64,000 nucleotides of DNA from a virus, in IMG/VR virus record IMGVR_UViG_3300045431_000601, positions 42,371-106,370 of that record. The stretch is one strand, 5' to 3'. Position numbers and translations under genes: made by a program. Positions 39,183 through 48,820 of the stretch are shown one piece after another (position 1 is the stretch's first letter; every line of letters begins with the position of its first letter). The notes below the pieces were generated by a model that was not told where the DNA came from, searched no databases, and saw only the letters and a program-made list of their open reading frames with translations.

Positions 39183-39524
39183 TTATTTGCCTTCTGATAA
39201 AATCTTTTTAGCTTCTTTGCTTATTTCTACGCTAGAATTTATAGCTGCACGAGCTTTATATAAAGACGCATGTTTTTCAAATTCTCTTTTAAGTCTAGAA
39301 ACTAAGGTTTCTCTATCATCTATAGGAACAAGACCCACCTTAGAGGCGTGAGTTTGAAGATCGCTTTTGTTTAAATCATTTAAATATTTTTCATATTCAT
39401 TTATATCTAACGTACCATATTTTGACTCTCCAGTGTCGCCCCAAATCTGGTCAAGAGTAAGTGGCATTTTTTCTACTTTACCGTGAGTTTGATGTAGGTT
39501 GTCGATTTTTCTTTGTTTAGCCAT
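39183..39524 (-). CDS. Hypothetical protein
   Basis: 113-aa ORF with AAGGA RBS after the capsid terminator. Confidence 0.75.
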   Translation of the reverse strand: MAKQRKIDNLHQTHGKVEKMPLTLDQIWGDTGESKYGTLDINEYEKYLNDLNKSDLQTHASKVGLVPIDDRETLVSRLKREFEKHASLYKARAAINSSVEISKEAKKILSEGK

Positions 39525-39568
39525 ATTTATCCTTTTAATATATTATATTAAATTTTTAGTTTTTTTCT

Positions 39569-39603
39569 AAAAAAAACCCAGAGGTATTTAACCCCTGGGT
39601 TTT
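39569..39603 (-). terminator. Rho-independent terminator after major capsid gene
   Basis: Minus strand CCCAGGGG-TTAAATA-CCTCTGGG followed by T8. Confidence 0.85.
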
Positions 39604-39626
39604 AATTTTTCGTATATTATTGCTTA

Positions 39627-40736
39627 TTAGCTAAGAATAATACCCGATACTGCTCTGCCGTCTAGAGCAACTCGACCCTCTTCGAGAGAACCGTAGAAAC
39701 CGATCTTCTCAGAACGAGTTACGAATTGATCGTCGGGTAGAGCGCTGAAAGTGGAGCCACTATCAGCATTACGAGCTACAGGGCGAACAAATGCGTCCTT
39801 GGTTAAATCGAAACCAATAACGATTTCATTAGAATTACCAAACGCAGGACCATTAGTAGGAGTGCTACCGGTATTATAAATTGTACCAAATAGCGTATTG
39901 TACTTTCTGCCCTTGCCTAGTTCGACTAACTCATGAATAGTTACGCCAAACAACGATTGAACTCCTGCTGCGCGATAGATATCTTCTCTAACGCCATCAG
40001 GAAGAGCTTGTTTACCAGCTGGTGTGCTCTCAGTGCTCATTGGATTCCAAGAGAAGGAACGCAATTGAGCTTTTACTTCAGGGCTAACGAATATATCAGT
40101 TAGACCATAAGTATCAGCAGTTGATCCGCCCGCCCAGGAGGTATTTAGTCTTTTGATTAGGACCATTAAGCTGTTTAAAGCGTTTAGATCAAAACCAGAA
40201 GCAGAAGTTACTAAATGTTTCCCCGCAGAATTGCCAGTAGCAACTGCGGTTGGAGAGTTAGCTTCAGCAAGAGCTTTGAGAACGACTGCCCATGCATTAC
40301 GCTCTTGTTTTACAAGAACTTCATTTGCCATTCTCTCTACGGCTTTGCTAACTACATCAAGACGGCCACGACGAGCATATCTTTTTAGGAAAGAGACGGC
40401 GCTATCTAGACGATAGGTCGAAACTTTCATTTCTGAGAACCCTTCAACCGTGGAGGTAGGGAGACCACCAGCTACGTTTTGAGTCCAAACAGTGACATAA
40501 TCTTGACCAGCGTTATGCCATAAATCCAAAGGAATCGAAGGATTGTCGTCTTCGTCATATGGAAGATCAGAATAAATAGCGCTTGCAGTACCGGCTTGCA
40601 TTAGCACTTTGCTAACAACAGGACCGATAAAAGCAGCAAAAGCTTCTACGGCTTCTCTTGCAACAGTTGTATCTCTGCTGCCCATAGCTTTTACAAGCTC
40701 AATTTGTTCTGGTGTGTTTTTTAATTTTAATTTCAT
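39627..40736 (-). CDS. Major capsid protein
   Basis: 369 aa, AGGAG RBS, raised GC, downstream of protease/scaffold and decoration gene, followed by terminator. Confidence 0.85.
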   Translation of the reverse strand: MKLKLKNTPEQIELVKAMGSRDTTVAREAVEAFAAFIGPVVSKVLMQAGTASAIYSDLPYDEDDNPSIPLDLWHNAGQDYVTVWTQNVAGGLPTSTVEGFSEMKVSTYRLDSAVSFLKRYARRGRLDVVSKAVERMANEVLVKQERNAWAVVLKALAEANSPTAVATGNSAGKHLVTSASGFDLNALNSLMVLIKRLNTSWAGGSTADTYGLTDIFVSPEVKAQLRSFSWNPMSTESTPAGKQALPDGVREDIYRAAGVQSLFGVTIHELVELGKGRKYNTLFGTIYNTGSTPTNGPAFGNSNEIVIGFDLTKDAFVRPVARNADSGSTFSALPDDQFVTRSEKIGFYGSLEEGRVALDGRAVSGIILS

Positions 40737-40758
40737 ATTAAATTTCTCCTTTTTGAAA

Positions 40759-41349
40759 TTATAGCTCTACTTTTAGTAGGGCCACTCCATCGGGGTTAAT
40801 ATCGCTTAGCAATTTACCAATTCTTGTAGCAGAATCAGAACCACTTAGAGATAAGCCGCCATTAGCTGCTAGGAATACATCTTGACCAACCTGAGAAGAT
40901 GTTCCAGGAGCAGAAAATCCAGAGTAAGTAACGATTCCTCTTGTAAGAACTGGAACTGTATGACCGTTGATAACGGCACCAATTTCAGCAGCTTTGCGAG
41001 GATGATAAACTAATTTTTCTCCGTTCTCATCAGTTTCACGAACATCCATAAGAACGAGGCCGAGTACGGCGTCGCTTACGGTGCTAGGCACAGCTAGTTT
41101 TGCTCTTGTGCCATATCGTAGAGATACGGTATTGTTTACTCCTTGACCTACGTTGCCGATTTCATAGGTAGGAACAGTATCATTTTCCCAACCAAAACCA
41201 GCTACGCTAGAGCCAGATGTGTCTCCGGCTACTTTAACGACTGTTCCTTTCGCAAGGACGAGGCCGCTATTGTCAGGAGTACCATGATAACCAAATAAAT
41301 TGACGACATCATGTTCGTCATAACTTCTAAATGGTAATAGATTAGGCAT
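40759..41349 (-). CDS. Putative capsid decoration/cement protein
   Basis: Gly/Val-rich beta protein between scaffold and capsid genes, AAGGAG RBS. Confidence 0.65.
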   Translation of the reverse strand: MPNLLPFRSYDEHDVVNLFGYHGTPDNSGLVLAKGTVVKVAGDTSGSSVAGFGWENDTVPTYEIGNVGQGVNNTVSLRYGTRAKLAVPSTVSDAVLGLVLMDVRETDENGEKLVYHPRKAAEIGAVINGHTVPVLTRGIVTYSGFSAPGTSSQVGQDVFLAANGGLSLSGSDSATRIGKLLSDINPDGVALLKVEL

Positions 41350-41363
41350 ATTTTTCTCCTTTA

Positions 41364-42872
41364 TTATTTAGTAAATACTTCAAAACCTTCTAATTCAAAA
41401 GCTTTAGCGTATTTTTCTTTGACGCTTGGCGTTTGAGCAGAAGAAGAATTGGGTATTTGATTTGAAGCCTTTGTTCCATTGTCAACAGCTTGGTTAACAA
41501 CTTCTTCATTGGATTTCTCTACAACTTCAGACGCTTTTGTTTCTGCTACAACAGCTTCTGTTTTCACTTCTGCTTGCGTAGTTTCTTTTTGCGTCTTTTC
41601 GCTTAAAGCCTTTTTGAAGGCTTTGCTTTTCTCTTTCATGAGAACAGCTAGAGAATCTTTATACTCTTCAAAAGTTTTTTCATCAAGATTCTTAATTTGC
41701 TTTGTTATTACTTGACGATCTTCGTCAGATAAATCATACTCTTCATCAAGAGAAGCCATACGCATATTAAAGGCTTCTTCTTGAGCTTTTGCTGCTTTTT
41801 CAGCTTCAAGCATAGATAATTTTTGTTTTAAATCTTCAACTTCTTTTTTAACGGTTTCGTTATCAGCGCTAATCGCAGATAGCTTTTCGTTAGCAGATTT
41901 TAGATCATTCTCTTTAGAAGTTTTTTCTGCTAAGAATTGATCGTTTACTTTTTTAAGTTCTTCAGAAATAAAATCAGTAATGCTAGAAGCAGTTACTTCT
42001 TTTAGAAGAGCGTCTGTAATTTCTTCGATTTTTGTTATTTTCATATTTATTCTCTCTTTCTTTACATCTAAAACGTCTTTTTGGGAAATATTATTTTCAT
42101 TTGCTTCTGCAGCTAAAGAGTCTGTTTTTTCTTGTTTTACTGCTACACCCTTTACGTCTGCGGCTGGATTTAGGGTTAATCCTACTCCTAAAGGTAATAC
42201 TTTACCAATAACTTGACGATAAATATATTGATTATCGCTTATTTTACCGCTGCCGCCAAAACCTCTTAAATTATTTTCTAATTTAGCTACCTCATTTGCA
42301 TCTGTAATATATTTGCCATTTTCTATATTCTTCTCGTTTTCTTCGAGAACAATTATATTATATTTATCAAATCCTAATTCCCAACTTGCACTTATTTTCA
42401 TGTAATTGTCACTAGTAGGGTCGTTAGAATCTTCTAATTTTTCTGCTAAATCATGGTCTACAATTTTCCATATAATTCCGCCCAAAGTGATATTAAAAGG
42501 AGTTTTTGTGTCTTTGATTTCTTCTTCTTTTAATTCTTCGCTTGATCCAAATTTACTAAAGCTAGAGCTTAATATTGTACCAACAATAATGTTTCTGTTG
42601 TGTTCTATATTAATTGGTTTGTTAATAAAATTTTTAGCTATAGATAGCGCTGTAGGAGTATCAATTACGTCTCCATTTTTATTAACCCTATTGACTACGC
42701 AAGCATCAAAAGCTATAGCAAGTAAATCAATATTGGTTGTAATATCAATTTCAGGGATAAATTTTTTCAATTCATTTAAAGAAGCTACTGAAAGATACTT
42801 ATCTTTTTCTTCGCTTACAATTGGTTTGATTTGAATATTAGAAAATATAGAATTAAATTTTAATTTTTTCAT
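41364..42872 (-). CDS. Prohead protease fused to scaffold
   Basis: VNKNGD, INIEH, ISASWE, GLTLNPAA protease motifs; E/K/A-rich coiled-coil C-terminal half. Confidence 0.8.
   Translation of the reverse strand: MKKLKFNSIFSNIQIKPIVSEEKDKYLSVASLNELKKFIPEIDITTNIDLLAIAFDACVVNRVNKNGDVIDTPTALSIAKNFINKPINIEHNRNIIVGTILSSSFSKFGSSEELKEEEIKDTKTPFNITLGGIIWKIVDHDLAEKLEDSNDPTSDNYMKISASWELGFDKYNIIVLEENEKNIENGKYITDANEVAKLENNLRGFGGSGKISDNQYIYRQVIGKVLPLGVGLTLNPAADVKGVAVKQEKTDSLAAEANENNISQKDVLDVKKERINMKITKIEEITDALLKEVTASSITDFISEELKKVNDQFLAEKTSKENDLKSANEKLSAISADNETVKKEVEDLKQKLSMLEAEKAAKAQEEAFNMRMASLDEEYDLSDEDRQVITKQIKNLDEKTFEEYKDSLAVLMKEKSKAFKKALSEKTQKETTQAEVKTEAVVAETKASEVVEKSNEEVVNQAVDNGTKASNQIPNSSSAQTPSVKEKYAKAFELEGFEVFTK
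42062..42067 (-). promoter_or_regulatory. Putative internal late promoter (AG)ATGTAA for nested scaffold start at 42044
   Basis: Same AGATGTAA variant as upstream of the tail tube; 17 nt before in-frame Met277. Confidence 0.5.
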
Positions 42873-43318
42873 ATCGCATTAGTATTCCTTTCGGGTTCGT
42901 CTAAATAAAGATTGTCTGGATTGTTAAAAGTTATTTTTTCTTCTTCAAGAAGACTATAATCTTTGTCTGACGGCTCTATCGAACTATCTATAACAAAAAA
43001 CAATTTGTTTTTATTCACAACAGAAGAATTTTCAAATTTTCTATTACCTTGTAATATATCAAAATATACATTTATTTTTGCCATAGCATATTCATGGGCG
43101 GTTCTATTTAAATTCAAAGGAATATTATATATAGAATTTTTATATATTCTTTTTAAGTTTGAAAGAGATACTTTCTTTTTTGTCGCAGAGTTAAAAGCCT
43201 TGCATTTACGGTCTAATAAATTAATAATATTTTTTGATATTTCTATTCCATCTTCTTGGCTCGTGATCTGAGTGGTTTGATATAGAAAATTTTCAAATTC
43301 TAAATTAGAATATTTCAT
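42869..43318 (-). CDS. Hypothetical protein
   Basis: 149-aa ORF overlapping the protease start. Confidence 0.7.
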   Translation of the reverse strand: MKYSNLEFENFLYQTTQITSQEDGIEISKNIINLLDRKCKAFNSATKKKVSLSNLKRIYKNSIYNIPLNLNRTAHEYAMAKINVYFDILQGNRKFENSSVVNKNKLFFVIDSSIEPSDKDYSLLEEEKITFNNPDNLYLDEPERNTNAI

Positions 43319-43327
43319 TCTAGGTTA

Positions 43328-43333
43328 TTACAC
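43328..43333 (-). promoter_or_regulatory. Putative late promoter core GTGTAA
   Basis: 9 nt upstream of ATG 43318. Confidence 0.7.
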
Positions 43334-43357
43334 AAAAACCGCCTAGATTTTACCTTA

Positions 43358-46123
43358 TTATGCTCTACAATTTAAACATCCATCTGGCACAGTAAAAGAA
43401 ACAATGGTATATTCTTTGCCTACTTTAGTAGGTGGTCCTATTTCTTTAAACCCAGGGCATGGCTTTCCTCCCACCGCGCAACCTTCGCAATACTCCTCGC
43501 TTGAAACACTTTGACCACAGGCGTATGCTGTTAATGCTCCTTTTGGAGCGTTTACGCAACCCCCAAGGCTATCAAAAACTTTACCTTGTAAAGAAGTGCC
43601 TTTTTTTAGGCAATAAGTTCCCGCGCCAAGCCGACCCCACCCTAGTTCAATATCTTCTGAACCCATAGGATCTTTCATAAACCATCCACAATAATCATCA
43701 CATTTTCCCCCAGTCAAACTCACATAAGTACCGTTATTACAAGTATATTCTCCACTAAAACATCCATATTTTCCAGAAAGATGCTGTGGGTATAGTCCAG
43801 GATATTGTTTCATGTATCTAGAAACTTCTGCTATAGTGTTTGCGCAGGCTTGTTTTTTGCTCGGACAAATATTGCTATTAAAATGCATTTTAACTTGTTC
43901 ATAATTTTGAAAATATTGAATTCTAGAAGTTAATTTCCCTCCATCTAAACAACACCCTTGATTTTTTTCGATATCTATAACTGTATATGGGTGCTTAGGA
44001 AGCAATCTTGGTCTACACTCTTTAGAAGAACAGCATCCTGGGCATGTTTCTGCGTTAGACTTACATATACCTGGCGGACAATAACAATAAGTGCATTTTA
44101 TTGTTTGATCAAAATTCAAACATCTCTTATCTTTTATCAAAAGCTCAGCGTCTCTACAACAATTACAAGGATCATCATCTGTCCCTCTCCAAAATTTTTC
44201 ATCACCAGTTTTATAAACATAACCCATTGGGTCTAACCAACCCGCTTTGTATTCAAAATCATAACCTTTAGGATTACTATGATTATGTGTTAAATCTTCA
44301 TTTATTGTCGGTATTGTGTTTCTAGGAAAAAGATCCCAGCAATCACAATTTTTTTTCTTTAAAAGAGTAATAACGTATAATTTACTATTTTTTATTATTT
44401 TGTACAAACCTGTTCCTATTTGGAACACCTTGTACCCATTTATAAAATCATTGTTTGTTTTTTTGTATTCTTTTTCCACAATCCATTCGTTAGCATCTAT
44501 ACCAAAAACGCTTGTTAAATTTGATTTTAAAATTAAAGTTATTTTTGCTAAAATTGTTTCATCTGAGGATAAATAATGTATGTTAAAATCTGGAAAATGA
44601 GTTTTCATTGAAAAAACAATTTTATTAATATTAGAATTATAAATTTGTGACAATTCTACTAACTTTTCTTCAGAACTTCTATCAGGAACAGATACTTGTA
44701 GTTTTGCATAAAAATTATCTAGATGTTCGGTAATGCTAGGGGGCAGAACCAAAGCTAATGAAAAATTATCGTTTTCAATAAAACTATGTTCTGTACTGTT
44801 ATACACATCATCAAAAGCAAGACTTGTTGGAAAGAATTTTAGATACTCCACATTAGGCTCTTTTTCTAAAGGTATAAAATTAAAATCTAAATCGAAGGAA
44901 GGATCAAACCTATAATCGTATTCACCATCAGCTTGAATTATTTCCCATCCTTTTATTGGAAACGTTTTTGGGTTGCTGGCGCCTAAGCTCCTTAAGAAAG
45001 GAACAATTTTAAAAAAAGGAGCATCTGTATCTTCTGGGTCTGAAATAGCTATAATATTAGCTATTTCCCATCGATTTAGATTGTTTAAGCTATTGTAATA
45101 TATTATATACCCTAGTACATTTCCGTCTGGTTCAGATAGGGTATGAGAGAAAGCAACATACTTATATTTTTTGTTTGTAACGGGATCAATCTCTCCCTCT
45201 TCCTCAAGAAGAGCTTCTTGCTTGCAGCTTTTTAAAATATCTTTGAAGAGAAAATGATAATCATTAATAATAATTTTATTAGTTAAAGCGAATTCTTTGT
45301 TTAAGATTTTAGAAGATATATCTCTTTTTAGCTCAACAGTGGCTGATGTGCCAGGTAAATGCACTTCTTGGTTTCCTTTTTGTACAGATAATGTATAAAT
45401 TTTATTTATAGGATCTGTGCCAGAAGACGTAAGCGTAGAATCTTCTCCTTCTTTAAAAAATTCTATAGTTAGATCTCCTGCTTCAAGAATCTCTAAGTCC
45501 TCACCATTATAATCATACACGGTGCTTCCAACTGATTGTGGCTGATGGCTTGGCGCTGTAGAAGTCGGGGTGGGTAATGGTAAAGATTCAAAAGTTTTAA
45601 AATAACAAATAATTTCTATATATTGAGGAATACCGCAAGCTCCTACTAGCTCAATTTTTACTCTAATTAGATACAATTCGTTGGGGTTTAGATTAATCGG
45701 TTTTTTTATAATATAATTAAAATTAAAATCGTATTTAGATTCTCCACAAGAGCTAAGTCGCGTTAATTTTTTAATATTTATAGGCTGTAAAATATTTAGA
45801 TCTATTGGCAATAAATTTGGATTTAATATTTGATCAGAGTTAGTATTATTTTTTATTTCAATAGATTTAGCGTCTGTTGTAGGCCCTCCTTGTAAAAAAT
45901 ATTTAATAGAATTAGAATAATTAGCTTTTGCAATCTCTACAAAAGAATTAGAGCTAATTACATCATTTCCACCGTTAAGAATTCCTTGTAAAGAAAAAGC
46001 TGTGTTGCTGGTATTTTTTATAATTAACGGACTCCAAGAATTATTAATAATAAAGTTAGTTGTTCCAATTTTTCCGTGTTGAAAATTTACTCCACAGATT
46101 TCAAATGTAGCACAATTATTCAT
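43358..46123 (-). CDS. Large hypothetical protein with Pro/Thr linker and Cys-rich C-terminus
   Basis: 921 aa; about 30 Cys in the last ~330 aa. Confidence 0.8.
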   Translation of the reverse strand: MNNCATFEICGVNFQHGKIGTTNFIINNSWSPLIIKNTSNTAFSLQGILNGGNDVISSNSFVEIAKANYSNSIKYFLQGGPTTDAKSIEIKNNTNSDQILNPNLLPIDLNILQPINIKKLTRLSSCGESKYDFNFNYIIKKPINLNPNELYLIRVKIELVGACGIPQYIEIICYFKTFESLPLPTPTSTAPSHQPQSVGSTVYDYNGEDLEILEAGDLTIEFFKEGEDSTLTSSGTDPINKIYTLSVQKGNQEVHLPGTSATVELKRDISSKILNKEFALTNKIIINDYHFLFKDILKSCKQEALLEEEGEIDPVTNKKYKYVAFSHTLSEPDGNVLGYIIYYNSLNNLNRWEIANIIAISDPEDTDAPFFKIVPFLRSLGASNPKTFPIKGWEIIQADGEYDYRFDPSFDLDFNFIPLEKEPNVEYLKFFPTSLAFDDVYNSTEHSFIENDNFSLALVLPPSITEHLDNFYAKLQVSVPDRSSEEKLVELSQIYNSNINKIVFSMKTHFPDFNIHYLSSDETILAKITLILKSNLTSVFGIDANEWIVEKEYKKTNNDFINGYKVFQIGTGLYKIIKNSKLYVITLLKKKNCDCWDLFPRNTIPTINEDLTHNHSNPKGYDFEYKAGWLDPMGYVYKTGDEKFWRGTDDDPCNCCRDAELLIKDKRCLNFDQTIKCTYCYCPPGICKSNAETCPGCCSSKECRPRLLPKHPYTVIDIEKNQGCCLDGGKLTSRIQYFQNYEQVKMHFNSNICPSKKQACANTIAEVSRYMKQYPGLYPQHLSGKYGCFSGEYTCNNGTYVSLTGGKCDDYCGWFMKDPMGSEDIELGWGRLGAGTYCLKKGTSLQGKVFDSLGGCVNAPKGALTAYACGQSVSSEEYCEGCAVGGKPCPGFKEIGPPTKVGKEYTIVSFTVPDGCLNCRA

Positions 46124-46126
46124 TTT

Positions 46127-47707
46127 TTAAATTAGCCTCGCTCTATTGGCGGGAGTTATTTTAATTTTTACGGGCTTAGGGTTTCCAACGTTAATAAATT
46201 TTTCTTTTAATTTTAAGGTTTTACCATTTGAACCCTGAACTTTAAAATTTGTTGGCATATTTAAAACTTCTAATTTTTGTTGCTTTTTTGATAAAGCTGG
46301 TACAATAACAATATATTTTGTTTCTCGCGAAGAAGTAAAATAACTTTGAGTTTCTGCCGCATCAGCCCCTACTTTGACTACACCGACTTTTTTAAGTATA
46401 AGTCTATTATTAATTAATTCAACTGGAGAGTCAGCTTGATTTATATAAAATTTTATAGATCCTCTACCAGCACCGTAAGGAGTAATATACGGAGTTATAT
46501 CCAGGTCTTGTACGAAATTAAATTGATAATAATTTTTATAATTCAAGATTTCTTGTTCTGGTATTAAACCTGCGGCATAACTTATATCTTTTAAAAAAAT
46601 ATCGTTTTCTGGCCAAATTAAAGACTGAGCAGCTTTGGCTACAGTAATCGTCCCTATTTGGATTTCGCTAGACACGGAGTGATCTTCGTCGGCATCCACT
46701 TTAATTACGACAGATTCTGTCCCTGCATTTTTTACAGAAATATACCCATAATTATCTCCTGGGGATTGATTCAAAGAAAGAATACTTGCTCCAGATTGAA
46801 AATAAGCTTTTCTTTTTTCTCCTGTATAGACTACACCAATATTTTTTTCTCCGAGACTATAATTCTTATTATCAATAAATTTTATCATTTTAAGATCTCT
46901 TTTCATTTTAACGGGAATTATAAAATTATTTTTTACTAAGAATTTACCATTGCCTATATCCGTAGTCCCTCCTCCGTTATAACTTGGCATATACCAATAA
47001 AGTGGAGGAGTTTTTCTATTACTATTAAAAAGATTTTTGCCTTGAGCAAATTGAATAATTAGAGCAAAAGCGTTACGGAATACATTAGGAGAAATAACGG
47101 GGCCAAGAAGATGACACGTATATCCATTCTTTATATAAGAAGAGGCCCATTGATCATGCTGAGACTGTCCCCACACTCTAATCCCATCGTTTGGGTTAAT
47201 GACTACTCCGCCTTTGCTACAGATAGACCCTCCATATTTGCTAAAATTATCAAGATCTGCTTCAAAATCTGTCGTAGTTTCAAATACGTTTTTAATAGAA
47301 GAAAGCCCTACGTTTATTTGATTTGGATCAAACATAAATATAACTGAGCTTTGTCCATTAGTAACATTCGTACGATATAGCCATCTATAGAATGGAAAAA
47401 CGCCTGGTTTTTGTTTATAAATTTCCCAATAAAAACTATAAGCATCTGCAGATATCCCCACTAATCTTAATCCGCCTCCAGTATATGAATCCTCATTATT
47501 AATCTTGACTGGCCATACAGGAGGAATTCCATTAAAATTAGCGAAAGCTAAAGCTCCACCATCGGAATGTACAACAAAATCTTTTCTTTCTTGAATTATA
47601 AAATTCTGTGTTTGTCCAGTAAGCAGATTGGTTCTTGTCCATTGCGTCCATGATCCACCTAAACCTAAGGTTGGTTTGAGAGAAAATGTTTGGGCTTCGT
47701 TGTTCAT
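46127..47707 (-). CDS. Ig-like repeat protein
   Basis: AKAAQSLIW...NRLILKKVGVVKVGADAAETQSY repeat unit. Confidence 0.7.
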   Translation of the reverse strand: MNNEAQTFSLKPTLGLGGSWTQWTRTNLLTGQTQNFIIQERKDFVVHSDGGALAFANFNGIPPVWPVKINNEDSYTGGGLRLVGISADAYSFYWEIYKQKPGVFPFYRWLYRTNVTNGQSSVIFMFDPNQINVGLSSIKNVFETTTDFEADLDNFSKYGGSICSKGGVVINPNDGIRVWGQSQHDQWASSYIKNGYTCHLLGPVISPNVFRNAFALIIQFAQGKNLFNSNRKTPPLYWYMPSYNGGGTTDIGNGKFLVKNNFIIPVKMKRDLKMIKFIDNKNYSLGEKNIGVVYTGEKRKAYFQSGASILSLNQSPGDNYGYISVKNAGTESVVIKVDADEDHSVSSEIQIGTITVAKAAQSLIWPENDIFLKDISYAAGLIPEQEILNYKNYYQFNFVQDLDITPYITPYGAGRGSIKFYINQADSPVELINNRLILKKVGVVKVGADAAETQSYFTSSRETKYIVIVPALSKKQQKLEVLNMPTNFKVQGSNGKTLKLKEKFINVGNPKPVKIKITPANRARLI

Positions 47708-47716
47708 AATTATATT

Positions 47717-47722
47717 TTACAC
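47717..47722 (-). promoter_or_regulatory. Putative late promoter core GTGTAA
   Basis: 9 nt upstream of ATG 47707; forms the Val-stop of the upstream gene. Confidence 0.7.
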
Positions 47723-48820
47723 TTTATACGTAATATTTAAATTTATTGATTTTGAAATAGGATTAAGAAGATTATTCCCTGGATTACTAGCCGTTAAAAT
47801 TACTTGTCCATTCTTTAAAATCATCCCCTGATTGCCTCCAGAAATCATTAAAACTTCTGGATTGCTACTAGTATATGTTATTGGTAGATTTTGATCTGTT
47901 GTTTTAGGGAGATATATTATATTATTTATATTATAAATTTTATTTCTAAAGAAAAAGTTATTTTGTAATGATGGGGAATCAAAAAAGCCCCAAGAAAATC
48001 CAGCAATGTCTTTAGCTCTAATATAATAAGTTTGTCCTCTTATAGCGTCGAAACTAATTGTAGTAAAAGGCTTATCAAACTCATTCAGTCTCTGCGTAAG
48101 AGATTGTCCAATATAAGTTAAGTAATCTCCTAGAAGATTTTCAAAAACATCATGATCTATACCTTGATTTTGATCTTTTTCTATAATTTTTTCAACATTA
48201 GAATTATATGCGCTTATTCTTCCATATTTTTTTCCTGGAGAGAGAATTATAGAAAAATAATACTTTCCACTTTTCGAGGGTTTAAAACTATACCACGCAG
48301 GCGCATCTAAATCAAGGTTAACTAATGTTGTACCAAAGTCTTTTTCTGGTAAAGGTTCAGAAGATAAAGCGTCAATATTTTTTAGTGCTTTACTTTTATA
48401 TCTTATATATTCAACACCGGCTCCAATATGGGTATTGGTTGAATAGTCTGTGCATCCTTCGCATGTATATTCGACGTGCTCCTTTGGTAAGGTGTCTAAT
48501 ATATAATCATTTCTTAAATCAATTAACTCTAGATCGTTAGATAATTCAACAAAATTTTGTAGATTGTAATTTTGTTCAAAAAAAGGAGAAGAATTGTTAT
48601 TAGATAGAAATAATTGATACGGTCTAAAAGAATCAGAGTTTGTTATTATAAATAATGGAGGTCCTCCTAAATATTTTTTATTATTCCAAACATATTCTTT
48701 ATTACAAAATATTGTATGACAATATTCTATATTTTCACATAATGGATTTGTAATTTTGTCGCAGATATTATTTAAATATTTAAAATTATTAATCGGTATT
48801 AATTGCCAAATATAGTTCAT
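47717..48820 (-). CDS. Protein with PPC-like beta-sandwich and C-terminal Ig-like repeat
   Basis: AWYSFKPSKSGKYY...GQTYYIRA; LPITYTSSNPEV...GQVILTASNPGN. Confidence 0.7.
   Translation of the reverse strand: MNYIWQLIPINNFKYLNNICDKITNPLCENIEYCHTIFCNKEYVWNNKKYLGGPPLFIITNSDSFRPYQLFLSNNNSSPFFEQNYNLQNFVELSNDLELIDLRNDYILDTLPKEHVEYTCEGCTDYSTNTHIGAGVEYIRYKSKALKNIDALSSEPLPEKDFGTTLVNLDLDAPAWYSFKPSKSGKYYFSIILSPGKKYGRISAYNSNVEKIIEKDQNQGIDHDVFENLLGDYLTYIGQSLTQRLNEFDKPFTTISFDAIRGQTYYIRAKDIAGFSWGFFDSPSLQNNFFFRNKIYNINNIIYLPKTTDQNLPITYTSSNPEVLMISGGNQGMILKNGQVILTASNPGNNLLNPISKSINLNITYKV

Noticed and set aside
40153-42834. Plus-strand ORFs antisense to capsid and protease genes
   Set aside because: Antisense shadows of well-supported structural genes with no recognisable motifs.
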